Under the pieces are notes generated by a model, which saw nothing but the letters and a program-made list of their open reading frames with translations, ran no database searches and was not told where the DNA came from. This document shows, piece after piece, positions 11,516-20,027 of a stretch of 64,000 bases of DNA. Source of the DNA: Planctomycetota bacterium (GTDB lineage: Bacteria > Planctomycetota > UBA11346); contig JBBRLJ010000004.1 of the NCBI GenBank assembly GCA_038231435.1, forward strand, positions 79,376 to 143,375. The letters are read 5' to 3'. Within the stretch, counting starts at the first letter, position 1; each line of letters opens with the position of its first letter. The position numbers and the translations under genes are program-made.

Positions 11516-12478
11516 CTACAGAGCGGACATGAACGCGCTGATGCGGTCCGACAGCCCCGGCAGGCCCTCGTGGCCGAAGTCGGGGAAGATGGCCAGCTCC
11601 TTGGGCGAAGTGATCTTGTTATAGGCCGCGAACTGGGTGGAGGGCGGGCAGATGGTGTCCATCAGGCCCACGCCCATCAGCACCGTTGCGCGGATGCGCT
11701 TGGCCAGGTGCTGGCAATCGATGTAGCCGAGGCGGGAGAAGATCGCGTCCTCGCGCTCGTGGTTGGGATCGAACTGCCGGAAATACGTCTTCAGTTCGTC
11801 GTAAGCGTCCTTGGCCAGATCCATCTCCCAGACCCGGCGGTAGTCGCACAGGAACGGATACACCGGCGCGGCCATGCGCACGCCCGGCTCGAGCGCCGCG
11901 CAGGCCAGGGTCAACGCCCCGCCCTGTGAGCCGCCGGTGGCCCCGACGCGCGCTGGATCCACCTCGGGAAAGCCCATGACGACGCGCGCGAGCTGCGCGG
12001 TGTCGAGGAAGATGTCGCGGAACAGCAGCTTGGCCGGGCTCGCGTCGTCGAGGCCGCGCACGATGTGGCCGCGCAGCGTGGTGCCATGCACGCCGCCGAC
12101 ATCCTCGGAGCGGCCGCCCTGGCCGCGGCAGTCGAGCACCGCGACGCAGTAGCCCTGGGCCACCCACGCGAGCTTGTCGAACCAGTCGCCGCTGTTGCCG
12201 CTGTAGCCGTGGAAGATCAGCATCGCCGGACAGCGCCCCGTCCGCTGGCGCGGCCGCAGGTACTTCGCGTGCACGCGCGCGCCGCCCATGCCGGTGAAGA
12301 AGAGGTCGAAGCATTCCGCCTCGCGAGGCGCGAACGGCGCGGGCCGCAGCTCGACCTTGGCGTCGAGCGCGCGCATCGCCGCGATCGACGAGTCCCAGAA
12401 CGCGTCCATGTCCGGCGGGCACGGGTTGCGCCCGGCATAGGTCATCAGTTGGGCCAAGGGCATGTCGATCGCGGGCAT
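11516..12478 (-). CDS. Acetylxylan esterase / cephalosporin-C deacetylase (CE7 family)
   Basis: FHGYSG, DCRGQGG, GGSQGG nucleophile, DTICPPSTQFAAYN, DFGHE; start chosen at MPAIDMPL with AGGAG SD. Confidence 0.93.
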   Translation of the reverse strand: MPAIDMPLAQLMTYAGRNPCPPDMDAFWDSSIAAMRALDAKVELRPAPFAPREAECFDLFFTGMGGARVHAKYLRPRQRTGRCPAMLIFHGYSGNSGDWFDKLAWVAQGYCVAVLDCRGQGGRSEDVGGVHGTTLRGHIVRGLDDASPAKLLFRDIFLDTAQLARVVMGFPEVDPARVGATGGSQGGALTLACAALEPGVRMAAPVYPFLCDYRRVWEMDLAKDAYDELKTYFRQFDPNHEREDAIFSRLGYIDCQHLAKRIRATVLMGVGLMDTICPPSTQFAAYNKITSPKELAIFPDFGHEGLPGLSDRISAFMSAL

Positions 12479-12548
12479 GGGGACTCCTGGGCCGGGCTTA
12501 TAGCCGAGGGCGGGGGAAGGAGAAGTTGGAAGGGGGAAAGGGGGGAAA

Positions 12549-12726
12549 GGGGAAGACAGAAGATGGAAGACGGAAGAACGAAGACCGGAAGACGCGACAG
12601 CATAGTCGGATGCGTCAGGCGGGAGCAGGAACCTCGCATGACGAAAACCTCCGACCAACCGTCTGGTCTCGTCTCTCTTCGATCTTCCATCTTCCATCTT
12701 CCCGTCCTCTGCCTTCTGTCTTCCCC
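12549..12726. repeat. Inverted pair of heptamer tandem arrays
   Basis: Outer ends GGGGAAGACAGAAG / CTTCTGTCTTCCCC are perfect complements, with internal GAAGAYG and CATCTTC arrays; lies between divergent genes. Confidence 0.85.
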
Positions 12727-12753
12727 CTCCCCCTCCGCAGCTACCCTGTTTTC

Positions 12754-13746
12754 GTGCACATCACCTTCCTCGGCACCTCCGCCGGCGTGCCCACGCTCGG
12801 ACGCAACGTCACCAGCCAGGCGGTGACCTTCGATCATGGCGGGATTTGGCTGCTCGACTGCGGCGAGGCCACGCAGCACCAGCTGATGCGCGCGGGCCTC
12901 AGGCCGATGAAGATCGAGCGCATCCTGATCACGCACCTGCACGGCGATCACTGCTTCGGCTTGCCCGGCGTGCTCTCGACCATGGCGATCAATGGCCGCA
13001 CCGAACCGGTGCGGTTGATCGGCCCGCGCGGCGTGCGCGAACTGATCGAGACCACCCTGCGCATCTCGGATTCGTTCATGCCCTTCTCGCTCGACATCAC
13101 CGAGCTCGATCCGTTGAGCACTGGCCGCGAGCTCGGTACCTGGGATGGATGGACGGTCTCGTCGCACCCGCTGCCGCACCGCGTGCCGTGCTTCGGCTAC
13201 TGCCTGACTGAAGGCGTGCGCCCCGGGCGCTTCCATCCGGATCGCGCCGAAGCGCTCGGCGTGCCTGCGGGGCGGCTCTTCGGCGAACTGCAGCGCGGGC
13301 GCGCGGTGACGCTCGCCGATGGCCGCGCCGTCCAGCCCAACCAGGTCGCCGATCCGCCGCGTCCGGGGCGCAAGTTGGTGCTGCTCGGCGACACCTCGGA
13401 CCCGAGCGCGCTGCTCGAAGCGGGGAGCGACTGCGATCTGCTGGTCTGCGAGACCACCTATGATCGCGCCCGCGAGGACAAGGCCCGCCAATGGGGCCAC
13501 AGCACCACGCGCATGACCGCGGACTTCGCCCACCGCCTGCGCGCGCGCGCGCTGATCATCACCCATTTCAGCAGCCGCTACACCGAAGGCGACGCCAGCG
13601 ACGCGGCGCAGGGCGATGACGAGGATGGCGTAGCGCCCACCCTGAGCGTCGATGACCTGCTCGCTGAAGCCGCCGAAGCCTGTCCGGGAACCACGGTCCT
13701 CGCCGCCCGCGATCTGTGGAAATATACGATCTCTGCGAAGGACTGA
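12754..13746 (+). CDS. rnz: Ribonuclease Z (RNase BN family)
   Basis: FLGTSAGVPT..RN, LLDCGEATQ, ITHLHGDHCFGLPG, exosite arm GVPAG, GHST, THFSSRY; GTG start. Confidence 0.95.
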   Translation: MHITFLGTSAGVPTLGRNVTSQAVTFDHGGIWLLDCGEATQHQLMRAGLRPMKIERILITHLHGDHCFGLPGVLSTMAINGRTEPVRLIGPRGVRELIETTLRISDSFMPFSLDITELDPLSTGRELGTWDGWTVSSHPLPHRVPCFGYCLTEGVRPGRFHPDRAEALGVPAGRLFGELQRGRAVTLADGRAVQPNQVADPPRPGRKLVLLGDTSDPSALLEAGSDCDLLVCETTYDRAREDKARQWGHSTTRMTADFAHRLRARALIITHFSSRYTEGDASDAAQGDDEDGVAPTLSVDDLLAEAAEACPGTTVLAARDLWKYTISAKD

Positions 13747-13786
13747 GGACGACGGAGCGTCGGTTTCTCGGCTGTCGGCTGACCGG

Positions 13787-13893
13787 CTTCAAACTTCAAT
13801 CTTCAGACTTCAATCTTCGGTCTTCCATCTTCCGTCTTCTGTATCCGTGCCACGGAGACGGCAGGAGAAGACGGAAGACCGAAGACCGAAGAC
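13787..13893. repeat. Inverted pair of heptamer tandem arrays
   Basis: CTTCAAA/CTTCAAT/CTTCAGA/CTTCGGT/CTTCCAT arm, then GAAGACG/GAAGACC arm, between convergent genes. Confidence 0.8.
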
Positions 13894-13914
13894 TCGAGAC
13901 CGGAGAGCGATTCC

Positions 13915-14547
13915 CTACTCCACCCGTGTCTTCGTCTTGTTGTCCTTCCACCACGCTTCCCACGCGTCGTGCAGCACCTTCTTGTTCTCCTGGTGCCACT
14001 GCGCCCAGATGCGCGCCTCGGCGTCGAGCGGCAGGTCGTGCTTGTCGCGCACCGGGACCGGGGTCAGGCCGTTCGCGCCGGCAGGCTGCGCCGCGGCGGG
14101 GATCTCGCGGTGCTTGGTCAGCTCCTGGAGCGTCTTGTCGGCATGGAAGGCGACCAGCGGCTGATCGTCGACCAGCGCGGCGATCAGGTGTTCGACGCAG
14201 GTCTTGGTGCCGATCGATTGCAGGACCTCGACGCAGCCCATGCGCACGCCCCAGTCGGTATCGGTGCGCATGGCATCAATGACCTTGGTCTCGATCGCCG
14301 AGCCGCGGCGGGTGAGTTTGCCCACCGCCTCGTCGTAGAGCGCCGAGCCTTCGATGTCCTTGACGTCCTTGCCGCGCGCGAGCTGAGCGAGCTCGGCCTT
14401 GATGTCCTGTTCGGTGGTGTCCACCTTGGGCTGGGCATCGGCGTGGAAGATCGGATCGCGGTCCTCGCAACCGACGACGAACACCGCGCACGCGACCGCG
14501 GCCACCAGCCAACCCGTTATACCCAGACCGCTCGTGCGTCGACGCAT
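13915..14547 (-). CDS. HEAT-repeat lipoprotein
   Basis: Lipobox-like FVVGC; HEAT-like DWGVRMGCVEVLQSIG and LIAALVDDQPLVAFHADKTL. Confidence 0.7.
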   Translation of the reverse strand: MRRRTSGLGITGWLVAAVACAVFVVGCEDRDPIFHADAQPKVDTTEQDIKAELAQLARGKDVKDIEGSALYDEAVGKLTRRGSAIETKVIDAMRTDTDWGVRMGCVEVLQSIGTKTCVEHLIAALVDDQPLVAFHADKTLQELTKHREIPAAAQPAGANGLTPVPVRDKHDLPLDAEARIWAQWHQENKKVLHDAWEAWWKDNKTKTRVE

Positions 14548-14689
14548 GGTGCCTCCGGCCGCGGATCCTCCCCCACCGGACGGTGAAGTCCAACCGCCGG
14601 CCCGAGCCCCGTTTCCTGGTGCACCACGCGCCCGATGCACTCTGGCATCGTCTTTGTGTCCAGACGCGCCGCAGGCCGCGTCTCCAGAC

Positions 14690-16030
14690 CTACCTGCCCG
14701 TTTCTTCCTGGGGGGCAGGCCGAAGGCCGATGTTGGGGGGCCGTAGTCCCCCAACTGACAGCACCTCGAGCATGCTTCGCGCCTGCGTATCCGCGGGATC
14801 CGCCGAGAGCTCCTCGCGCAGCACCACGCGCGCCTCGTCGAGCCGATCGTGCCGGACGAGCAGATCGGCGAGATGCAGCCGCGCCGCGCCCGTGCCTTGG
14901 CCGGCGGCTGCCACCGCCTGGCGGTAGAGCGCTTCGGCGCGTTCCCACGCCCCGGACTTGTCGGCGATCGCGCCGGCCCACACCAGCACGCCGGGGTCGA
15001 GCTCGCCCGCCGCCAGCAGCGGCTCGAGCGCATTCGCCGCCGCCGCGGTGTCGCCAGCGCGCAGCGCGATACGCGCTGCGAAGAGGCGTGCGTGACGGGT
15101 GCGGCTCTCCTCGGGCACGCGATCCAGCCATGCCAGCGCCTGCGGGGTATCGCCCGCCTCGGCGGCCGCGCGCGCCGCGGCGAGCAGCAGCGGCGGATCG
15201 ATGGACTTGGCGTCGAGCGAGGCGGTGGCCAGCACGCGGAAGTTCACCAGCGCCGCCTGGGGCTGGCCGCTGCCCAGCTGGGCGTCGGCGAGCCGGCGTC
15301 GGTCGAAAGGTTCCTGGGACACCAGCCACGCCGCCTCGAGCGCGGCGAGCGCGGCCTGCTGATCGCCGCGGTCCTGCTCGGCCCAAGCGAGCTGGCGCCA
15401 CAGGTCGGCGTTCTGGGGATCGTGCGCAAGCGCGCCACGCGCGGCGACCGCGGCCTCCGCCGAACGGCCCGAGCGCGTCAGCACCGCCACGTCGAGGCGG
15501 CGCACGCCCTGATCCGCCGGGAATCGCGCGAGCGCCTGCTGGTCGAGCACGGTGGCGAGACGCAGGTCATTCATCCCGAGCGCGGCCTGGGCGTAGAGCA
15601 TCAGCGCCGGCGCGTCGGCGGTCGCCGGATCGCAATGCGCGGCCAGTAGCTGGATCGCCTCCGCCCACGCTTCATGCGCCGCCGATTGGCGCGCCAGCGC
15701 GAGCGCGGCCTCATGCAGCGACGGATCGAGGCGCAGCGCGTCGCGGTATTCCTGAGTCGCTTCCGGCTCGTGGCCGAGGATCGACTGGGCGTGGCCGCGC
15801 GCCAACGCCACCAATGCGTGCGGCTTGCCCTGGTACGCCGCCAGGATCGCCCACTGCTCTGCGGGGTTGGTCGAGGCCTGGACCGCGCGCAGCACCCGCG
15901 CGACCTCCTCGGGCACGGTGCGCGCCTCGCTCGCGTGGGCGGGCGGCGCGGCGAGCACCACGAACACGACAACCAGGACCATCAGCCTCGACAGCCCCGA
16001 TACCGATCCGTAGACGATGCGCGCGCTCAC
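14690..16030 (-). CDS. Tetratricopeptide-repeat protein (TtpD-like)
   Basis: N-terminal hydrophobic segment, multiple TPR-like helices (YRDALRLDPS, ALAHDPQNADLW); coupled to tonB. Confidence 0.82.
   Translation of the reverse strand: MSARIVYGSVSGLSRLMVLVVVFVVLAAPPAHASEARTVPEEVARVLRAVQASTNPAEQWAILAAYQGKPHALVALARGHAQSILGHEPEATQEYRDALRLDPSLHEAALALARQSAAHEAWAEAIQLLAAHCDPATADAPALMLYAQAALGMNDLRLATVLDQQALARFPADQGVRRLDVAVLTRSGRSAEAAVAARGALAHDPQNADLWRQLAWAEQDRGDQQAALAALEAAWLVSQEPFDRRRLADAQLGSGQPQAALVNFRVLATASLDAKSIDPPLLLAAARAAAEAGDTPQALAWLDRVPEESRTRHARLFAARIALRAGDTAAAANALEPLLAAGELDPGVLVWAGAIADKSGAWERAEALYRQAVAAAGQGTGAARLHLADLLVRHDRLDEARVVLREELSADPADTQARSMLEVLSVGGLRPPNIGLRPAPQEETGR
14709..14755 (-). 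repeat. REP-like double-hairpin element, copy 2 (overlaps 3' end of TPR gene)
   Basis: Reverse complement is homologous to 5773-5818, with second stem GGCC-TTC-GGCC. Confidence 0.8.
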
Positions 16031-16740
16031 GGCGGGCTCCAGTGGACGGGATGCACCACCACCGACGGCACCGCCTGGCCACTACGCCGCTCGGGGCGGA
16101 AACGCAGACTCATGCCGAGCTTGCGCGCCTGCTCCTCGAATTCGCCCGGCGGATCGCTCGACAGCACCGCGCAATCGAGCACGCGGCCGTCGGCATCGAT
16201 GGTCAAGCGCAGGCGCGTGTCGCCGGCGATGCCGCGGCGCAGCGCCGAGCGCGGATAGAAGCGCTCGAGATTGATGGGGCTCACCAGCTCGGGCATCGCA
16301 TCGCCTGGGCCAAGCGCCGCCATCGCCGGAAGGCGGTCGTCGCTATCGGGGCCCGCGGCGCCGGCGGCGTCGCTGACGAATTCGGGAAGCGCCAGCGGCA
16401 GCACCGGCAACGCCGGCGCGGCGAGCTCGGAGGGCGCGCGTGGAAGCGTCGGACCCTGGTCGAGATCGGGCAGCTCGAGCGCCTGTGGCGGCACCGCCAC
16501 CTGCGCCTCGGCGGCTGGAGCGCGCGCGGGCGCGGTGGGTTGCGGCGCCTCGACGGCGGGGTCGGCGAAGGTAATGCGCTGGATCGGCGGCAGCGCGATC
16601 GTCTCGAGCACCGGTTGAGCGCGCGAGATCCATGCCAGCGTCAAGACCAGGGCCGCGTTGGTCGCGACCGCCGCGGCGATCGCGATGACTGCCACACGCG
16701 TCGGGCGCTGCCGTGATCGCGAGATGGGGCGCTGGATCAT
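16027..16740 (-). CDS. Energy transducer TonB
   Basis: TM anchor, Pro-rich linker, TonB_C YPRSALRRGIAG..LTIDADGRV..FEEQA..FRP. Confidence 0.9.
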   Translation of the reverse strand: MIQRPISRSRQRPTRVAVIAIAAAVATNAALVLTLAWISRAQPVLETIALPPIQRITFADPAVEAPQPTAPARAPAAEAQVAVPPQALELPDLDQGPTLPRAPSELAAPALPVLPLALPEFVSDAAGAAGPDSDDRLPAMAALGPGDAMPELVSPINLERFYPRSALRRGIAGDTRLRLTIDADGRVLDCAVLSSDPPGEFEEQARKLGMSLRFRPERRSGQAVPSVVVHPVHWSPP

Positions 16741-17162
16741 TGCGACCCTCCGCGCTGGGCGGCGAGATCGACGCGCGCGGCGCCGCCGTCGCGGCACAGG
16801 TCCATGACGTGCAGAGTCAGGCCGACCGGCGCCTCGCGGTCTGAGAGCACCACCACGCGCGTCGCGCCGCGGTCGCGCAGCACCCGCGAGACCTCCTCGG
16901 GCAGCGCTTCCGGCGAGACCTCGCGCCCGCCGCAGTGCACCGAACCCGAACCGGTGATCGCCACCGTGACGTAGCTGTCCGCGGCGTCCTCGGCGCGATC
17001 GGAGCGCGGGCGATCGACGCTCACCGCCGATTCGGTGACGAACGTCGACGTGGCGATCAGGAAGATCAGCAGGATGAGCACGATGTCAATGAAGTTGGTG
17101 ACATCGATGCGCGCCGCCGGGCGTTCACCAGCGCTGCGACTGAGCACGCGCAGGCCCCTCAT
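16737..17162 (-). CDS. exbD: Biopolymer transporter ExbD
   Basis: IDVTNFIDIVLILLIFLIATSTF TM with conserved Asp; SDREAP..VMD. Confidence 0.92.
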   Translation of the reverse strand: MRGLRVLSRSAGERPAARIDVTNFIDIVLILLIFLIATSTFVTESAVSVDRPRSDRAEDAADSYVTVAITGSGSVHCGGREVSPEALPEEVSRVLRDRGATRVVVLSDREAPVGLTLHVMDLCRDGGAARVDLAAQRGGSQ

Positions 17163-17608
17163 GAGCGATCTCCCCGCGCGAGGCGGGCCCGGCGCACGAG
17201 CCACCAGTGCAGTACGATGCCCGGCACGGCCGCGGCGAGGCCGAACTCGGTGGTGATGAGCGCCTCACCGACGCCCTTGGCCGCGGCATGGCCGCGCACG
17301 CCGAAGGCGGCGAGATCGAAGGTGCGCATGATCCCCCCGACGCTGCCGAGCAGGCCGAGCAGCGGCAGGATCGACACCAGCGCGTGGATCAGCGACAGGC
17401 CCGCGCTGGGATCGCCGTAGGTCTCGGCACCGCGATCGTCTTCACCTCCCTGGGGAGTGCGGCGGGGAGAGCGCCGGAAGGTCAGCATGCGGTGCACGAT
17501 CAGCGCGTAGAGCGACAGCGACACCGCCAGGATCGCCGGCATCAGCGGGCCCCCGGCCGCGAACCATGCCGCCGTCTGCGACCCCAGTTGTGACATCAGG
17601 GCATTCAT
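17159..17608 (-). CDS. MotA/TolQ/ExbB proton channel protein (short)
   Basis: LPLLGLLGSVGGIMRTF, GVGEALITTEFGL. Confidence 0.9.
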   Translation of the reverse strand: MNALMSQLGSQTAAWFAAGGPLMPAILAVSLSLYALIVHRMLTFRRSPRRTPQGGEDDRGAETYGDPSAGLSLIHALVSILPLLGLLGSVGGIMRTFDLAAFGVRGHAAAKGVGEALITTEFGLAAAVPGIVLHWWLVRRARLARGDRS

Positions 17609-18990
17609 GGCCGGATGCGTTCGATCTCGGTGTCGTAGCGGCCGGGGATCGGCGCTGGGCGATCGCGCCCGACCATCGCCGCCGCCGCCTCCTCGAGCGC
17701 CAGGGCGCGGCGTTCGCGCAGGCGCGAACACCATGCGTGCCCGACCAGCAGCGGCACCGCCACCATCAGTCCGAACTGGGTCGTCACCAGCGCCACTGAG
17801 ATGTGGCCCGAGAGCAGCCGCGGATTGCCCGAACCGTGTTCGGCGATGGTGGCGAACATGCCAATCATCCCCGAGACCGTGCCGAGCAGGCCGAGCAGCG
17901 GCGCGCACGCAGCGAGCGCGGCGAGCAGCGACAGGCCGCGGTCGAGCGCAGGCTCCTCGGCAAGGAGCGCGCGCCCGAGCGCGGCCTCGCGCGCTTCGCG
18001 ACCATCGCCCGAGGACGCCACGCCGGCCGCGAGCACGCGTTCGAGCGGCAGGGCCGGGATGGCGAGGATATCCTCGGGAGCGCCTTTATCGAGCTTTGCG
18101 CGCGCGGCAGCGATCGCCGCGGCGGGATCGCCGGAGCGCGTGCGCGCGTACCACCAGGCTCGCTCGATCATGATCGCGAATCCGCACAGGCCGGTGGCCA
18201 AGATCGGCCACATGAAGAATCCGCCCGAGGCGAACCATTCCGAGAACCCGAGGGACTCGCCGTGGTGGGCGCGTGCGATGGAACCGTCGAGGTCGAGCGG
18301 CACGCCCACCAATCCCCCGCGAGAACCTCCCGCGGCGCCGCTGGCGAGCCGCGCGCGATCGATCAGCGCGGAGCTGGGCAGCTCTGGACCCGACACCATG
18401 CCCCGTCCGCTGGTGGTGGAGGCGAGCAATCCCCGGGCGCGCGCGGTGGCGCCGTAGGCGATCATCGCGGCGTTGCCGAGCCGCAGCACCTGGGCGTGCG
18501 TCGGCACGCCGTCGCGGTCGAGGATCTCCTCGTCCCCCAGGCGGCAGCCGAGGCCGTCGGCGATGCGCGCGGCGCGCACAGAAATGGCGTCGAGTACCCT
18601 TGGCATGGCCGCGACGTCGGGCACGCCCAGTGGCGGGGTCAACCGCGCAGCGGCGTAGAGCTGGATCACCGCGCCGCGCAGTGCTTGCTCGTCCTGGCCC
18701 GCGGTGGCTCCGGCGCGGCGCAGCTGGTCCTCGGCGGTGGCGCGCGCGCGCGCGCTGGCTGCGGCCTCGGTGCGCGCGTCCTCGAGATGCTGATAGGCGT
18801 CCGCGAGCTGACGCGCGAGCTCGGCCCGTTCGCCCAGGATGCGTGTGCGCCCTTCCTTCAACAGCTGCTCGGCGGATGCGCGCGTCTCGGTCGCGTCGCT
18901 GGCGACATCCGCCCCCGGTACCGCGACACGCAACGTCGACAGCAGAGCCATCGCCAGGAGCAGCGTGCCGCCGCGCGGAAGCCCGCTCAT
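17605..18990 (-). CDS. MotA/TolQ/ExbB protein with long periplasmic N-terminus (TtpC-like)
   Basis: Signal peptide, coiled coil, VLRLG, GGFFMWPI, APLLGLLGTVSGMI, ISVALVTTQFGL. Confidence 0.88.
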   Translation of the reverse strand: MSGLPRGGTLLLAMALLSTLRVAVPGADVASDATETRASAEQLLKEGRTRILGERAELARQLADAYQHLEDARTEAAASARARATAEDQLRRAGATAGQDEQALRGAVIQLYAAARLTPPLGVPDVAAMPRVLDAISVRAARIADGLGCRLGDEEILDRDGVPTHAQVLRLGNAAMIAYGATARARGLLASTTSGRGMVSGPELPSSALIDRARLASGAAGGSRGGLVGVPLDLDGSIARAHHGESLGFSEWFASGGFFMWPILATGLCGFAIMIERAWWYARTRSGDPAAAIAAARAKLDKGAPEDILAIPALPLERVLAAGVASSGDGREAREAALGRALLAEEPALDRGLSLLAALAACAPLLGLLGTVSGMIGMFATIAEHGSGNPRLLSGHISVALVTTQFGLMVAVPLLVGHAWCSRLRERRALALEEAAAAMVGRDRPAPIPGRYDTEIERIRP

Positions 18991-19868
18991 CGCCGGTCGC
19001 CCGAGGGACCAACGAGGGCGGGTCCGACGACGGGATCGGAGGCGGAATCGGAGGCGGGAAGCGCGTCCTTCTTCGCGCCAGGCGCGACCGGAGCGCTCGG
19101 ACCCGACGCTGGTGCGTCCAGGGAGATCGCGGATGCGCGCAGCGGCAGCACGAACAACTCGGGTGGGCGTGAGCCCTGGGTGGTGGCGATGGCGTGGCGG
19201 ATCGCCTGGGCGAACGCCGGATCCGACACCACCTCGAGCGTCGGAGGCGCGTCGGCCCCCGCCGGCGTGGCGACGCCCGAGCGCGGTCCGTCGATCTCCG
19301 ACCACCATCCGAGCCCAGCGACGCGCAGCAGGGTCACGGCGCGGCGCTGACCATCGAGCATCCCCTCGGCGATCTCGACCGCCGATGTGGACGCCGAGCG
19401 CTCGGCGGCCTCAAGCGCGCGGATCGCGGCGGCGAACGCGGCGCGCGGCTCACCCTCGCCCGATGGCACAGATACCGCGCCGGGTGCACTCGCCGATTTC
19501 GCGCGCGCCAGCGCGGCATCGATGGCACGCGCCTGCGCGGAGAAGACCTCGTCGAGCGCGTCGAGCCGGCGCCGCGATGCACCAGCCGTCGCCACTTCCT
19601 GGGCGAGCGTGGCGGTGGCCTCGCGCGCATTCGCGGCATCCGCGCGCAGCCGCGACACCTGGCTCTGCACGGTATCGAGCAACGCGTAGGTGCGCTCGCT
19701 CTCTGCCTGCCACTCCTGCCATTCACGAGCGAGACCAGCGCGCGCGACGTTCGCGGCGCGCAGATCCTCGAGCGCCGCCGCGGCGCCATCGACCGCGGGA
19801 GCGGGCTCGGCACCGATCAGCGCGGCCGCGAACAGCAACGAAGCCAGAGAGCGGATGAGGTCAGTCAT
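18987..19868 (-). CDS. DUF3450-like (TtpB-like) periplasmic coiled-coil protein
   Basis: Signal peptide, coiled coil, VTLLRVAGLG, PPELFVLPL; first gene of a TonB2-type operon. Confidence 0.7.
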   Translation of the reverse strand: MTDLIRSLASLLFAAALIGAEPAPAVDGAAAALEDLRAANVARAGLAREWQEWQAESERTYALLDTVQSQVSRLRADAANAREATATLAQEVATAGASRRRLDALDEVFSAQARAIDAALARAKSASAPGAVSVPSGEGEPRAAFAAAIRALEAAERSASTSAVEIAEGMLDGQRRAVTLLRVAGLGWWSEIDGPRSGVATPAGADAPPTLEVVSDPAFAQAIRHAIATTQGSRPPELFVLPLRASAISLDAPASGPSAPVAPGAKKDALPASDSASDPVVGPALVGPSGDRR

Positions 19869-19900
19869 GGAGGCAGGGAGCAGTGGTTGGTGGTTGTCGG

Positions 19901-20014
19901 GCTTCCGTCTTCGATCTTCGATCTTCCGTCTTCCCTCTTCGATCTCCGTCTCTCCAGCACAGCTGGCGAATGACGAGGGAGACCGGAGAAGATGGAAGAC
20001 GGAAGACTGAAGAG
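19901..20014. repeat. Inverted pair of heptamer tandem arrays
   Basis: CTTCCGT/CTTCGAT arm, then GAAGATG/GAAGACG/GAAGACT arm. Confidence 0.8.
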
Positions 20015-20027
20015 CATTCTCCTCTCC

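Noticed and set aside
12479..12753. N-terminal extensions of the esterase and rnz ORFs
   Set aside because: They run through repeat DNA; better starts with an SD or -10 signal exist at 12478 and 12754.
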